From: an uncultured Methanoregulaceae archaeon
GTDB taxonomy: Archaea > Halobacteriota > Methanomicrobia > Methanomicrobiales > Methanospirillaceae
NCBI GenBank assembly: GCA_963841015.1
Contig: CAWJAX010000003.1
Location: 736,001 to 800,000, forward strand
Reading direction: 5' to 3'
Length of the DNA: 64,000 nucleotides
Every line of letters begins with the position of its first letter. Positions within the stretch are counted from its first letter, which is position 1. The notes beneath the pieces were generated by a model that saw only the letters and a list, made by a program, of their open reading frames with translations, ran no database searches and was not told where the DNA came from. A program made the position numbers and the translations under genes. This document shows, piece by piece, positions 50,353 to 61,749 of this stretch.

Positions 50353-51120
50353 AACGTTTTGACAAATCCTTTCTGAGGCTGGTAACATTCGTCATCAAGG
50401 ATAAGCGATTCAATCGCCGACAAGATAACCTCCTGAGCTATACCACGGATCGCAGCCTGCTTTATAATTTCATCCACAGCAATTCCCCGCGACCCGCTTC
50501 CCGCCTGGATGATCTCCATCACCTGGGTGCGAACATCGCGGGATGCAGGAGCATCACTTTCGGTGAGACGAACGGTCTGTACTGCACTTTCAACCATACC
50601 TGCCAGGTCATGGAGGCGGTTTTTCGTCATTGAATAATGGCGAACCACAGCAAGGTAGCGCTCATCCGTAAAGGTGCCCTGAATAGCGAGGTGCATATGG
50701 TGGAGACGTGCAAGGGTTGATTTTGCTGTTGTCAGCACCCACTGATCACGCACCAGCCGATCCACAACACGAACATTATCAGGGCGAACGGAGAGCATAA
50801 CTTCCCCATTCTTCAGGTACATCTGGGCTCGCCCGGTGACCGTAACAAATGCGGGCACGGGAAGTTTGCAGAAAGTTTCAGCAAGAGCGGTATTACGGCC
50901 ACCTATCACCAGATTGAATACACCTGTTGGATCAGCAATGCGGGTGCGCACCATATCGCCGATATCTGCAACTTCGGTCAGGGCACCGGAAAGGAACATA
51001 TACCGGCACCACGCCCCGCCAGGAGTCACTACCCATGCCGGATTCCCGGAATCCTCATCCTGTACCTGAGAGTGTTGAACCCCCATACTCCCCGGCAAAT
51101 ACCCGTGCTGCACCTTCCAT
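50349..51120 (-). CDS. RPA-associated OB-fold protein with C-terminal winged helix (frameshift near 51066)
   Basis: MEGAARVFAGEY from ATG 51120 joins VTPGGA..R.FLSGALTE...ADPTG; C-terminal CYQP. Confidence 0.82.
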
Positions 51121-51319
51121 AAAGTCGTATAAGAATTGGTCTGGTAACCGTATTCAAGATATAGTCAGTGCCATACATCGTGTGTGATTACAATGAACAG
51201 ATAAAATCAACTAATTCGCGCAGCAGTATCGGGAAGACAAAAAGCTACGTCACCGACCACTTGTACAGCACACACAAGAAAGAGGAGCGCCGTCAGACAT
51301 AGAGGTACGGGAACTGAAT

Positions 51320-51775
51320 TCATATTGGAGGAATAAGACTTTTATCAAGTTCCTGCGCTTTTGCATAAGCAGCTTTTGCCTCATCAATCTGCCCGAGATT
51401 TTTAAGAGCATTGCCTTTGTTAAAATAGGCAACCGAAAAGACCGTTGTGAGATTCTCATTGGATGAAAGTGCCACATCAGCTGCAGAAATCGCTTCTCTG
51501 TTTCTCCCAAGCATTACAAGAATACCTGCCCGGTTTGACTGAATCAGAGGTTCAAGTGAAGTCACATTAAGGGCAAGAGCATCGTCGGCAGCTGTAAGGG
51601 CTTCTGCATATTTACCTTCATTTGCGAGATCAACGCTTTTAGTGTAGAGGGCACCGGCCTCGTTGAATTTCTTTGCGGGATTCGAAGAGATTGTGGGTAA
51701 GATGACGAGAAGGGCAAGGGCAATAATCAGTATGGTGATAAGAGATCCAGCTATAATGTACTCCCGGGATTTCAT
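51320..51775 (-). CDS. Membrane-anchored TPR protein
   Basis: N-terminal TM; AYFNKGNALKNLGQIDEAKAAYAKAQELD. Confidence 0.85.
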   Translation of the reverse strand: MKSREYIIAGSLITILIIALALLVILPTISSNPAKKFNEAGALYTKSVDLANEGKYAEALTAADDALALNVTSLEPLIQSNRAGILVMLGRNREAISAADVALSSNENLTTVFSVAYFNKGNALKNLGQIDEAKAAYAKAQELDKSLIPPI

Positions 51776-51833
51776 TTTAGATCACTTCTTCAACAGTATA
51801 CACATTGCTTGTATTAAAAATACAGAGGGAATA

Positions 51834-52860
51834 TCAGATCCGTTTTCGGATAATAAACAATCCCGCAATAACAATCCCGAGCAGCGTAATCCATTCTGGC
51901 AGGGGTGTGTAGGTTGTCTTCTTTGCAATTGGTGCTGATGTCGGAACCATAGTTATAGGTGAAATTGTTGATGAACCGGCTGCAATAACGGGTAATGTTG
52001 TAAGCACTGGAGTATTCACCGGAATAGCAGGAGATGGAATCTCTTTCACAAAGGTAATTGTTTTTGTCTGAGTTATCTTTCCTTCAAGGTCAGTAATGCC
52101 GCTGCTCTTATAGGTTTCCTGCAGGTGATTGAGATTCTGCTTTATCGTGAAAGTATATGTCCCTGCAGGATAGAGCTGTTCCCCTCTCACATTCCGCGCG
52201 CTACGGTTCCAGTCTTTGCCGTTTTTCCAGTAAAAGGGGGATTCTGTGATAAAGGGCTGGTTATCAAAGGGTAAGATCACCGTTTGAGAATTTCCGGCAC
52301 TTCCGGTAAATATATTGCTGATCCTCTGGCCATAGGAATCAGTCAATTCAACAGTAAAAAATGAATCTGCGGGGGTGCTATCAGGACGGTGTAATGGTTG
52401 AAGTGCCTGATACAGGTTTGTATCAACACGATAGGTAATGTTCGTTGAAACCGGCACAGATTTCCCGCTCACGTCCTGGTTGTTATCCAGATCCCAGACT
52501 TTGATGTTGAGTTGTGGCTCAAGAACTTCAAAAACAACATTCCGGGGTTTTTTATCGACACAATACCATGCACCCGGATAACGGGCAAAACTTTCCGGAC
52601 TGATAGTATAATGATATATTGTTTCCGAGACCGTATTTATTTCATACAGGGTAATGGTTTTCTCAGGAGGCGCGCTTGCGTTCGTACCGTTTTGCCACCA
52701 TGCTATTGTATGACATCCATTCAATGCTGTGGAGATATCCAGGTTGCTTTCACCGATAAAGACCGGAGCACCTGGAGCTGATTTTCCCGGTACTACCCGC
52801 TACAGGAGCTGCACACAATAAAAAGACGACAAGAGCGATTATACAATATTTTCCTTGCAT
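51834..52860 (-). CDS. Secreted/surface protein, DUF3821-like with C-terminal sorting-type tail (frameshift near 52780)
   Basis: Signal peptide from ATG 52860; GAPVFIGE.NLDI; T/P-rich linker; TYTPLP, TM, RKRI. Confidence 0.72.
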
Positions 52861-53002
52861 GGAAAGTAATTTCAAAACCCTTATGATAAACATTATGACA
52901 TCATTAAAAAGAGCGCGTGATTTCCTCTGTCAGCAGTGTTCCAAAGGAAAGACCACCCATACTATCCGTTCCCGAGCTTAAATGTAATACCAGGAAAAGA
53001 GG

Positions 53003-53978
53003 ATGCCTATGGAAGACAACCATACTATCTGGATTGAAAAATACCGGCCACAAAAACTCGCGGATATCGTAGGGCAGGATGAGATTGTGGAGCGATTGTC
53101 ATCCTATGTGAAAAGCGGTAACCTCCCCCATCTCCTTTTTACAGGGAGTGCCGGTGTTGGAAAAACGACTGCTGCTGTGACCCTGGCCCGTGAGTTTTTT
53201 AAGGATTCGTGGCAGACAAATTTCCGTGAACTGAACGCTTCGGATGAACGCGGGATAGATGTGGTGCGTAACCAGATCAAACAATTCGCAAGAACAACAC
53301 CCCTTGGAGAAGCGACTTTCAAAATACTCTTTTTGGATGAGGCCGATGCACTGACCACCGATGCGCAGGCAGCCCTGCGCCGGACTATGGAGAGCTGATG
53401 CACAGACATGCAGGTTTATTCTTTCCTGCAATTATTCTTCCAAGATAATTGATCCAATCCAGAGCAGGTGTGCAATTTACCGGTTCAAACCTCTGGGACC
53501 TGATGCTGTAAAAGAAGAAGCGTGCCGAATCGCCATCCGCGAGGGGCTCACCATAACAAAGGATGCAATGGAAGCAATTGTCTATATTGCACAGGGAGAT
53601 ATGCGCAAGGCAATCAATGCCCTTCAGGGAGCAGCAATTCTCTGTTCCACTATAGACGAAAAGATGGTGTATGCAATCACTTCCACTGCCCGTCCGGATG
53701 AAATTGAAGATCTTCTGAAGCTCTCTCTTGGAGGAGACTTTGATGGTGCCGAATCGCTTCTTGCAAGTCTTCTCCACGAACGGGGGATTGCTCCTAATGA
53801 ACTGATCAACCAGTGTTACCGTGCAATTGTCAAACGGGATATGGATCGCGGATTAAAAGTGGAGCTGATCGACCATCTCGGTGAAACGGACTATCGGCTC
53901 TCTGAGGGGTCAAGCAGCGATATCCAGATGGAGGCACTGATCGCCCGGTTCGTACTCTCTTCACAGAAGCTCAGGTGA
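53003..53978 (+). CDS. rfcS: Replication factor C small subunit (one extra base at ~53397)
   Basis: [32 protein letters not shown][Y] and SRC motifs. Confidence 0.95.
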
Positions 53979-53987
53979 GGTAAAAAT

Positions 53988-56098
53988 ATGGATAAAAACC
54001 CGGACCTGCACGATAATGATACGACAGAAAACTGGAGCAGATTATTAAAAAGCAAATATAAAAAAGAGATTGGAGAGATCTCCCGTGAATATCCCCACAA
54101 ACGTTCCCTTTACATAGACTACCGTGACGTGGAACGGTTTGGAAAAGCCGGGATAGCACTCGCCGACGAACTTCTGGAAAATCCCGGTAAGGTTCTTGAA
54201 GACGTCTGGGACGCAATAAAAAGCGGCCAGCTGATACGAATCAAGGATGGAAAAGAACCCAGGGGTATCAATATCAGGTTCACCAATCTCCCAAAAAAAG
54301 TTGGTATCCGTAATATCAGATCCGATGACATCAACAAATTCCTCTCAGTCGAAGGTATCCTTCGCAAGACCACAGAAGTCAGGCCGCGGGTCATTGAAGC
54401 AGCATTCAAATGCCCTGCAGGACATTTCACCATTAAAAAGCAGAAATACGGGAAATTCATTGAGCCGGAGGGGTGTGCAACTGACGGGTGTTCATTCAAG
54501 AAACTGGAGTTATTACCCAAACGCTCGAAGTTTGTCGATTCCCAGAAACTGCGGATACAGGAGTCTCCCGAGGGGCTCCGGGGGGAGAGCAACCCCAGAC
54601 ACTTGATGTGGATGTAACTGATGACCTGTCCGGCAAGGTCGCACCCGGAGACCGGGTGGTGATCAACGGTATTCTCCGTTCAATGCAGCGGATAGTAAGG
54701 GGTGAAAAGAGCACCGTCTTTGACATTTTTCTGGAGTGCAATTCCATCGAAATCGCCGAGAAGGAGTTTGAAGAGGTGGAGATCGACGAGAAAGATGAGG
54801 ATGAGATCAAAACGCTGAGCAGCGATCCCATGATCTACCGGAAGATCACCCACTCAATTGCACCCACCATTTACGGAAGCGAGGATGTCAAAGAGGCAAT
54901 CGCCCTCCAGCTTTTCGGGGGCATTGCAAAAGAGATGCCGGATGGCAGCCACCTTCGTGGCGATATCCACGTATTGCTTATAGGGGACCCGGGTATTGCA
55001 AAAAGTCAGCTGCTCCGGTATGTTGTGAAGCTGTCACCCCGGGCAATCTATACCAGCGGTCAGTCCTCGACCTCGGCCGGTTTAACAGCCACCGCTGTCA
55101 AGGATGAATTTGGTGAAGGGCGCTGGACCCTGGAAGCAGGTGCCCTCGTTCTGGCAGATATGGGAGTTTGTGCGGTTGATGAAATGGATAAAATGCAGAA
55201 AGAAGACCGGTCTGCTCTGCATGAGGCAATGGAGCAACAATCCATCAGTGTCGCGAAGGCCGGGATAACTGCCACGCTCAAATCGCGCTGCGCCCTGCTC
55301 GGTGCAGCAAATCCCAAATACGGGAGGTTCGACATGTATGGAGATATTTCCGACCAGATCAATATGCCCCCCTCCCTGCTTTCCCGTTTTGATCTCATAT
55401 TCATCATGACTGACCAGCCCGAACAGAAGCGTGACCTTGCTATTGCTGAACATATCCTCAAATCGCATGGAATCGGGGAACTGATTGCCCAGCACAGGAA
55501 GACACCGATCCCGGGTATTACTGATGAATACATCCAGCAACAGCTCAAACCGGTCATGCCGGATATCGATCCCCCGCTCTTCCGCAAGTATGTCGCGTAT
55601 TCAAAACGATCCTGTTTCCCCATACTTTCCCTGGAGGCAAAGGAAGCACTTGTCAGTTATTACCTTAAGCTCAGGGGGATTGCCGAGCCAAACAAGCCGG
55701 TCCCGGTAACAGCCCGGCAACTTGAGGCGCTTGTCAGGCTTGCAGAGGCAAGCGCACGGATACGTCTCTCGGATTCCATCGAAAAACATGATGCTGAACG
55801 GGTAATCCATATCGTTGACGCCTGTCTGCGCCAGATTGCCTATGATGCAAGGACCGGCAGCTTTGATATTGATAAGATAGCCACAGGTATTTCCAAGGAA
55901 AAACGCGATATTGTCCGTGTGATAAAAGACGCCATCCGTGACATTGGCGGGGAAGGAAGACGTGCTTCAAAGGATCAGGTAGTGGATCTCGTAGTGTCAA
56001 AAGGGTTTTCGCGGGATAAAGTTGAATCGGGAATCGATATGCTCGTGCGATCTGGAGAGGCAATGGAACCCAAACTGGGTATCCTGCAGCTGATTTGA
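53988..56098 (+). CDS. mcm: MCM replicative helicase (frameshift in G-run at ~54580-54585)
   Basis: QESPE.LRG[G][22 protein letters not shown] and TARQLE motifs; no intein. Confidence 0.96.
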
Positions 56099-56110
56099 GA
56101 GTGTAAGACC

Positions 56111-56464
56111 ATGATGACTGATCGGGATCGGGCAATTTTCGAAGCCGGAATAAAGCTGGGTGCACTCTACCACCAGTGGGTAGGCACACCCATTTCTCGG
56201 AAATCTGCAGCAGGTGTTGAGAGCGCTATTGAACAGGCAGTGATCCTCCAGCCATATGTAGAAGTGATCACGGTCAGGCTTGATCGTAACCTTATGACAG
56301 AAAATACATTCGGGTACAGTGAACTGACCGGACTCATGTTCGATGTGGAAATCGTAACACGTGTCGGGTTTACCTATTGCAGGGCACGACTTGCTCCTCT
56401 GGATGGTTATCCCCTCATGCAGATTGTGGAGTGTTATGCAATTACCGAAATTTCCCGTCACTGA
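56111..56464 (+). CDS. mptD: Archaeal dihydroneopterin aldolase (MptD family)
   Basis: RAIFEAGIKLGALYHQWVGTP, QPYV, GYSEL and YPLM motifs. Confidence 0.85.
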   Translation: MMTDRDRAIFEAGIKLGALYHQWVGTPISRKSAAGVESAIEQAVILQPYVEVITVRLDRNLMTENTFGYSELTGLMFDVEIVTRVGFTYCRARLAPLDGYPLMQIVECYAITEISRH

Positions 56465-57263
56465 TGATCATATCCACATTGACCCGGTGAACGGAAGAGG
56501 GATAGAGGCTGCAAAAGATTTTTTACGGGCTGGGGGGACACATATCTTTCTTGTCTCAAAACCTTCATGGTCACTTTCCCTGTATCCCTCGTGCGGTGCT
56601 GACTATACAACAGTTTTTGATGAAACACTCCGCGTTGCAGGGCTGATTGAAGAGATTGGTGTTGTCGTTTATCCGGTCCTTGGAGTTCATCCTGCTGAAG
56701 TCAGCAGGCTTTCTGAACGTATGACATTACCAGAAGCTGCTGATATTATGAAAGCCGGTATTGACTGTGCGGCAGCATACATAAAGGCAGGAAAAGCAGT
56801 TGCCCTGAAGAGCGGTAGACCCCACTATGAAGTGAGCCCGGAAGTCTGGACTGCATCCAATGACATTCTTACCCATGCCCTGAACTGTGCTGCCGAATGC
56901 AGGTGTGCATTACAAATCCATGCTGAAAGTGGTCCATGCACCGATGTTTCAGGGATGGCACGAAATGCAGGTTTCCCGGTAGAACGTGTGGTAAAGCACT
57001 ACGGTTCACCCGATACTCCTCTCCATCCTTCGCTCATCGCAAAACACGAAGCCATACCTCAGCTGACACGCGAACGCCGGCCATTTACCATGGAGAGTGA
57101 TTTTATGGATGAGAACTCAAGACCCGGGGCGGTAATCGGCCCAAAATCGGTACCAAGGTATACGTACCAGCTGCTCCGGGATGGCCTGATAACCGAAGAG
57201 GACTGCTTCCGGATCCATGCCGAAACAGTCGGAAGAGTATATGGCGTGAGGATCACACTGTAA
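56436..57263 (+). CDS. TatD-family metal-dependent hydrolase
   Basis: DDHIH, GVHPAE, SGRPHY, QIHAE, KH and ESD motifs. Confidence 0.88.
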   Translation: MQLPKFPVTDDHIHIDPVNGRGIEAAKDFLRAGGTHIFLVSKPSWSLSLYPSCGADYTTVFDETLRVAGLIEEIGVVVYPVLGVHPAEVSRLSERMTLPEAADIMKAGIDCAAAYIKAGKAVALKSGRPHYEVSPEVWTASNDILTHALNCAAECRCALQIHAESGPCTDVSGMARNAGFPVERVVKHYGSPDTPLHPSLIAKHEAIPQLTRERRPFTMESDFMDENSRPGAVIGPKSVPRYTYQLLRDGLITEEDCFRIHAETVGRVYGVRITL

Positions 57264-57312
57264 AAAGTGTTCCAACTCACCTTTTTTATTCCCCACCACC
57301 AATAAGTATTCA

Positions 57313-57606
57313 ATGTTTTTGAAAGTTCATTGTTCACCGGGTACGGGTGATATCGTAGCCGTGTGCGATCGCGAATTGCTGAACACCACCATCAGTAACG
57401 GCGAGCTTTCTGTTCAAATAACTGAAGGGTTCTACGGCAACACACCTGCCACTGAAGAAATGGTGCGAACCGCATTAAAAAAAGCAGGTAACATCAACCT
57501 GATGGGTAAACGTTCGGTGAGTATTGCGATTGAGATGGGGCTGGTAACTCCCTCAGGTTGTATAATGATCGGGGATATCCCCCATGCACAGGTCTACTCG
57601 CTATGA
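57313..57606 (+). CDS. DUF424 family protein
   Basis: VAVCDRELL, FYG, NLMG and IPHAQ motifs. Confidence 0.88.
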   Translation: MFLKVHCSPGTGDIVAVCDRELLNTTISNGELSVQITEGFYGNTPATEEMVRTALKKAGNINLMGKRSVSIAIEMGLVTPSGCIMIGDIPHAQVYSL

Positions 57607-58643
57607 GTATCCAGGATTGTTTCTGCCCGAAATGCGGAAAATCGTCGGAACATGAGGGGCTCTGCAACCTTTGCAGGATCGGAAATACTCCCTGGTTTAC
57701 CTGTGACCGGCGTGTGAAGAGCACCCATTGTCCGAGCTGTGGTGCACTAAAACAGGTAAACACCTGGACAGACACCACACGGGAACGGGGTGGATTGGCA
57801 CCTGAGCTCGCAAAGGCTGCCGTCCACTTCCACCCGGATGTCCGGAAACCATCAATGGTTGTGAAGGTAGAGGATAATACCCTTAACCGCTCAACGGCAA
57901 CAATTGACGTGAAGGGATTGCTCTACAATACGCCCGTTGAAGGCACCTGCAGCGTTGAACTCATATGGCATAAAGAACAATGCGACCGCTGTAACAGGAT
58001 CAGCGGGAGTTATTATGAGGGGATTGTTCAGGTCCGTGCTTATGGGCGACTCCCCAGTACTTTTGAACTGCAGATGTCAGCAGGAATCGCGCAACAGGTA
58101 GAAGATTCCCTGCAGGCAGGGGGGGAACGGCTTTCATTTATCGTAGATATGAACGAAACCCGGGAAGGTCTGGATATAACCGTTGGATCACAGCATATCG
58201 GGACGCTTATCTCTCAGGGAATAATCGCACAGCTCGGAGGCAGGTTCACCACCCATCCAAAACTGGTAGGGGAAAAAAACGGGAGGCAGCTGTTCCGTAT
58301 CACCTACTCGGTCCGCCTCCCACGGTTCCAGAAGCAGGATGTGGTACTGAGCCATGGCCGGTATTTTGAAGTGGTTCGGGTTGAGTCAAACCATCTTAAA
58401 GTTCTTGATCTTACTGAGGGTATACCACGTGCGGTACGTGAAGAGGATGTTGAACGCCTCGTAGGAAATTTACGGGATGCTGAGTCCGCACTGGTGGCAT
58501 TTGCTGATGCCGGTATCATGGGCATTCTTGATCCTGAAACATGTCAGACAAAAGAGTTCAGGAAACTGAAATGGCTTGATGTCAAAGCCGGGCAACACGT
58601 TCTTGTCCTTCGTGATGGTGATCATCTCGTTGTGGTAGGGTAA
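57603..58643 (+). CDS. NMD3-family protein
   Basis: Four CxxC pairs; YYEGIVQVR, GLD and LFRITYSVRL motifs. Confidence 0.9.
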   Translation: MSIQDCFCPKCGKSSEHEGLCNLCRIGNTPWFTCDRRVKSTHCPSCGALKQVNTWTDTTRERGGLAPELAKAAVHFHPDVRKPSMVVKVEDNTLNRSTATIDVKGLLYNTPVEGTCSVELIWHKEQCDRCNRISGSYYEGIVQVRAYGRLPSTFELQMSAGIAQQVEDSLQAGGERLSFIVDMNETREGLDITVGSQHIGTLISQGIIAQLGGRFTTHPKLVGEKNGRQLFRITYSVRLPRFQKQDVVLSHGRYFEVVRVESNHLKVLDLTEGIPRAVREEDVERLVGNLRDAESALVAFADAGIMGILDPETCQTKEFRKLKWLDVKAGQHVLVLRDGDHLVVVG

Positions 58644-58647
58644 AAAA

Positions 58648-59526
58648 ATGCGGGTAAGAGCAGTCCCAAAGGATAAACTCAGAGAGATCTGCAATGAGAG
58701 ATGGGTAGACCTCACGCGGAGACCATATACCGAGGGGAATATTGCGTGGGTACCTGTAAGGGATGAAGATACCTGCGAACGCGAGATTCCCCCGCGAATC
58801 CGGTACAAGGGTAAAGGTTTTTTTATGATCGGTGACGTTGCAGTCATCCGTGGTAAAAAACCCCTCGGGGAAGAAGTTGATGAAATCGTAGGTTTCCGTC
58901 ACCCTAGGGGGGTCCTCTGGATTGAATCCCTTCAAGATGCAACACGAACCCCCAGAACTCAAATTCTCTGGGGAGATGCCGGAGAAGTTGAACATCACGA
59001 GAACGGATATACCTATTTTCTTGATCCCGGTAAAGTGATGTTTTCACCGGGAAACCGAAGCGAAAAAATGCGGATTGCACAGATTGTGCGTAGAAGTGAG
59101 AAAGATGAAAAAGTAGCTGATATGTTTGCCGGTATCGGATATTTTACCATACCAATAGCTGGCAGCGGCGCCACGGTTCATGCGATGGAGGTCAATCCGG
59201 TCGCATTCGAATACCTGAAAAGGAATGTTCGCGAGAATCACCTTGTTGGTCGGGTTAAATGTTCATTGGGAGATTGCAGGAATCTTTTAACCGGAACCTA
59301 TGACCGGATCGTGATGGGGCATTTTGATGCCATTTCAATGCTTCAGTCAGCACTTTTACACGTGCATGAAGGGAGCATCATTCACCTTCATAGTATCGGC
59401 ACGGTAGAGGACCGCATAAAAGAGCAGGTTAAGGGCACAGGTTTTTCTGCATCCATTCACGTACATAAAGTCAAGAAGTACCGCCCACATGCCTGGCACG
59501 TGGTGCAGGACGTGACAATTTCATGA
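58648..59526 (+). CDS. Trm5/TYW2-family SAM-dependent tRNA-modifying transferase
   Basis: ENGY, VMFSPGN..E, DMFAGIGYF, EVNP and VKKY motifs. Confidence 0.88.
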   Translation: MRVRAVPKDKLREICNERWVDLTRRPYTEGNIAWVPVRDEDTCEREIPPRIRYKGKGFFMIGDVAVIRGKKPLGEEVDEIVGFRHPRGVLWIESLQDATRTPRTQILWGDAGEVEHHENGYTYFLDPGKVMFSPGNRSEKMRIAQIVRRSEKDEKVADMFAGIGYFTIPIAGSGATVHAMEVNPVAFEYLKRNVRENHLVGRVKCSLGDCRNLLTGTYDRIVMGHFDAISMLQSALLHVHEGSIIHLHSIGTVEDRIKEQVKGTGFSASIHVHKVKKYRPHAWHVVQDVTIS

Positions 59527-60671
59527 CCGGAGTCCAAACGCTTGCCGGAAAACAGATAGTAGTCGCTGTGACCGGAAGTATCGCTGCTGTCGAAGTGGTT
59601 AAACTGATACATTCACTTCGCAGGTGTGGAGCGGTAGTTCAGCCGGTAATGAGTCACGCAGCGTCATGTATAATCCAGCCGGATGCGCTGACATATGCCA
59701 GCGGAAGAGAAACCATCACCAGGTTGTCCGGCTGGGTCGAGCACATAACCTATTGCGGGGAGGGGGGGAGTGCCGATCTTTTACTGATTGCTCCCTGCAC
59801 AGCAAACACGATCAGTAAAATCGCCTGTGGAATTGATGATACTCCGGTGACAACCTTTACCACAACAGCACTTGGCAGCCAAATCCCCATCATCGTAGTA
59901 CCTGCAATGCACTACAGCATGTATCGCCACCCCGCAGTTATCGAAAACATCTCAAAACTAAAAACATGGGGTGTGGAGATCGTTGATCCCCGGATTGAAG
60001 AAGGCAAAGCAAAGATTGCAGACAACGAAGAGATTGTCCTCCGCTGCGAGCGTGCAGTCCTTGGAACAGCACTTTCAGGAAAAAAAGTACTTATTACCAG
60101 CGGGCCATGCCGGGAACCGGTTGATGACATCCGCATACTGACAACACGGTCCAGCGGACAGATGGGAAAAGCCCTTGCACTCCAGGCTTTCCGGCTGGGT
60201 GCTGAGGTTACCGTAATACACCGGGATGCCTTTCCCTGCGTGAACAATATTTTTGTGGAAACCGCAGATGAAATGCGATGTGCGGTGCACCGCTGTTTCT
60301 CAGAGAGTGGTGCAGATATCTACATCAGTGCTGCGGCAATTTCTGATTTTGCACCGAAAAGAGTGAAAGGGAAAATCCCGAGCGGTAAACCGGTGAATCT
60401 TTTCCTGGAACAGCTACCAAAAGTACTTTTGGAAGTAATAGAGCAATACGATTCTCTGATCATTGCATTCAAACTGGGCAGGACACCGAAAAAGATGGCA
60501 AAAAAAATGATAAGCCAGGGTATTGCAATGGTGCTGATGAACGCACCGGAAAGCATGGGAAGCGATCACGGTGAATATATGCTCATGACCCAAAACGGAG
60601 AATTTCCGTTGAATGGTACAAAGGAAGAGATCGCCAATGCGATATGGAATGCCGTTATTTTAGTAATTTAA
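59523..60671 (+). CDS. coaBC: Phosphopantothenoylcysteine decarboxylase/ligase
   Basis: VTGSIAA, APCTANT, PAMH, EPVDDIR...SSGQMG and AAISDF motifs. Confidence 0.95.
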   Translation: MTGVQTLAGKQIVVAVTGSIAAVEVVKLIHSLRRCGAVVQPVMSHAASCIIQPDALTYASGRETITRLSGWVEHITYCGEGGSADLLLIAPCTANTISKIACGIDDTPVTTFTTTALGSQIPIIVVPAMHYSMYRHPAVIENISKLKTWGVEIVDPRIEEGKAKIADNEEIVLRCERAVLGTALSGKKVLITSGPCREPVDDIRILTTRSSGQMGKALALQAFRLGAEVTVIHRDAFPCVNNIFVETADEMRCAVHRCFSESGADIYISAAAISDFAPKRVKGKIPSGKPVNLFLEQLPKVLLEVIEQYDSLIIAFKLGRTPKKMAKKMISQGIAMVLMNAPESMGSDHGEYMLMTQNGEFPLNGTKEEIANAIWNAVILVI

Positions 60672-60881
60672 GCAAAATTAAAAGTCTCATCCTGATTCCA
60701 TGTAAGAGAAAAAATAATCCCCTTATTATCACTTGCGTGATAGTTTGGATCCTTTTTACAGGAAAATGTTCAGGGTTGTTTTCATCGCTTAAAAAATTTA
60801 TTGAACTGATACAGGAATCCACACCGGGATTCTTTAAAGAGGAAAAACGCCCTATCTTCATATTAAATCGTGCACATACCC

Positions 60882-61749
60882 ATGAAGCCAGATCCTGTTG
60901 TTGCATTCTGTCCGGGTCATATTTCCGGTTATTTCAAGAAAATTTTAGGAGATACTATCACAACCACGGGGAGTATCGGCGCCGGGATTGTCATCAGCGA
61001 AGGAGTTACGGCAACTGTTGAACCCTCCGACAGAATATCGATTTGTATACGACGGAAAAGTTCCCCGAAAACATCATTTGAGGTTTCTTCTGGATCACCA
61101 TTGCTGGAGCATGTCTTGGAACATCTTAACCTGACTGCATCTGTTACCACGGAATGTGCCCTGCCGATTGGTGCCGGATTCGGGCTTTCTGCTGCAGCAC
61201 TGCTTGCCACACTCACTGCCCTTAACCATCTTTTTGATCGGGGAATGAATGCTGAGGAAATCGCACAGTGTGCCCACGCAGCAGAGGTAACCCACAGGAC
61301 CGGGCTTGGCGATGTTGCAGCATGCCAGGGGGGAGGTAGAGTCGTACCGATCCGGCCCGGGGATCCATGGATTGATTGAACGGAGATATGACATGCCTGA
61401 ACCATTGTATGCAGTAAGTTTTGGACCAATTCATACTCCGACAGTCCTGGGATCATCAGCACAAATGGAACTCGCATCCTCCGCTTTTCCTACAACAACT
61501 CCGGGAAATCTCGAGGATTTTTTTCTTCTCTCGCGGCTTTTTGCCCAGCAGAGCGGCCTTATGACACCAGAGGCCCTAAATGTTATCAGGAAGTGTGATG
61601 CAGCAGGGATACCATCGAGTATGACAATGCTTGGCAATGGTGTTTTTGCATATGGCCGGAAAGCAAGGGAAATACTTCTGGCCTTTGGTCATGTATATGA
61701 ATTTCATGTTTCGGCGACAGGTGCACATATTGTGGAGGACCTGCCATGA
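60882..61749 (+). CDS. pok: Pantoate kinase (GHMP family), frameshift near 61346
   Basis: PGHISGYF, GSIGAG, PIGAGFGLS, TGLGDV and MTMLG motifs. Confidence 0.92.

Noticed and set aside
53390-53405. In-frame TGA in RFC as selenocysteine or readthrough
   Set aside because: The downstream sequence continues in a different frame; removing one G restores TAT (Tyr) and the frame
54570-54600. Programmed frameshift or split MCM
   Set aside because: One G is missing from a homopolymer in the conserved LRGGEQP motif, and many similar indels occur across the window; an assembly error is simpler
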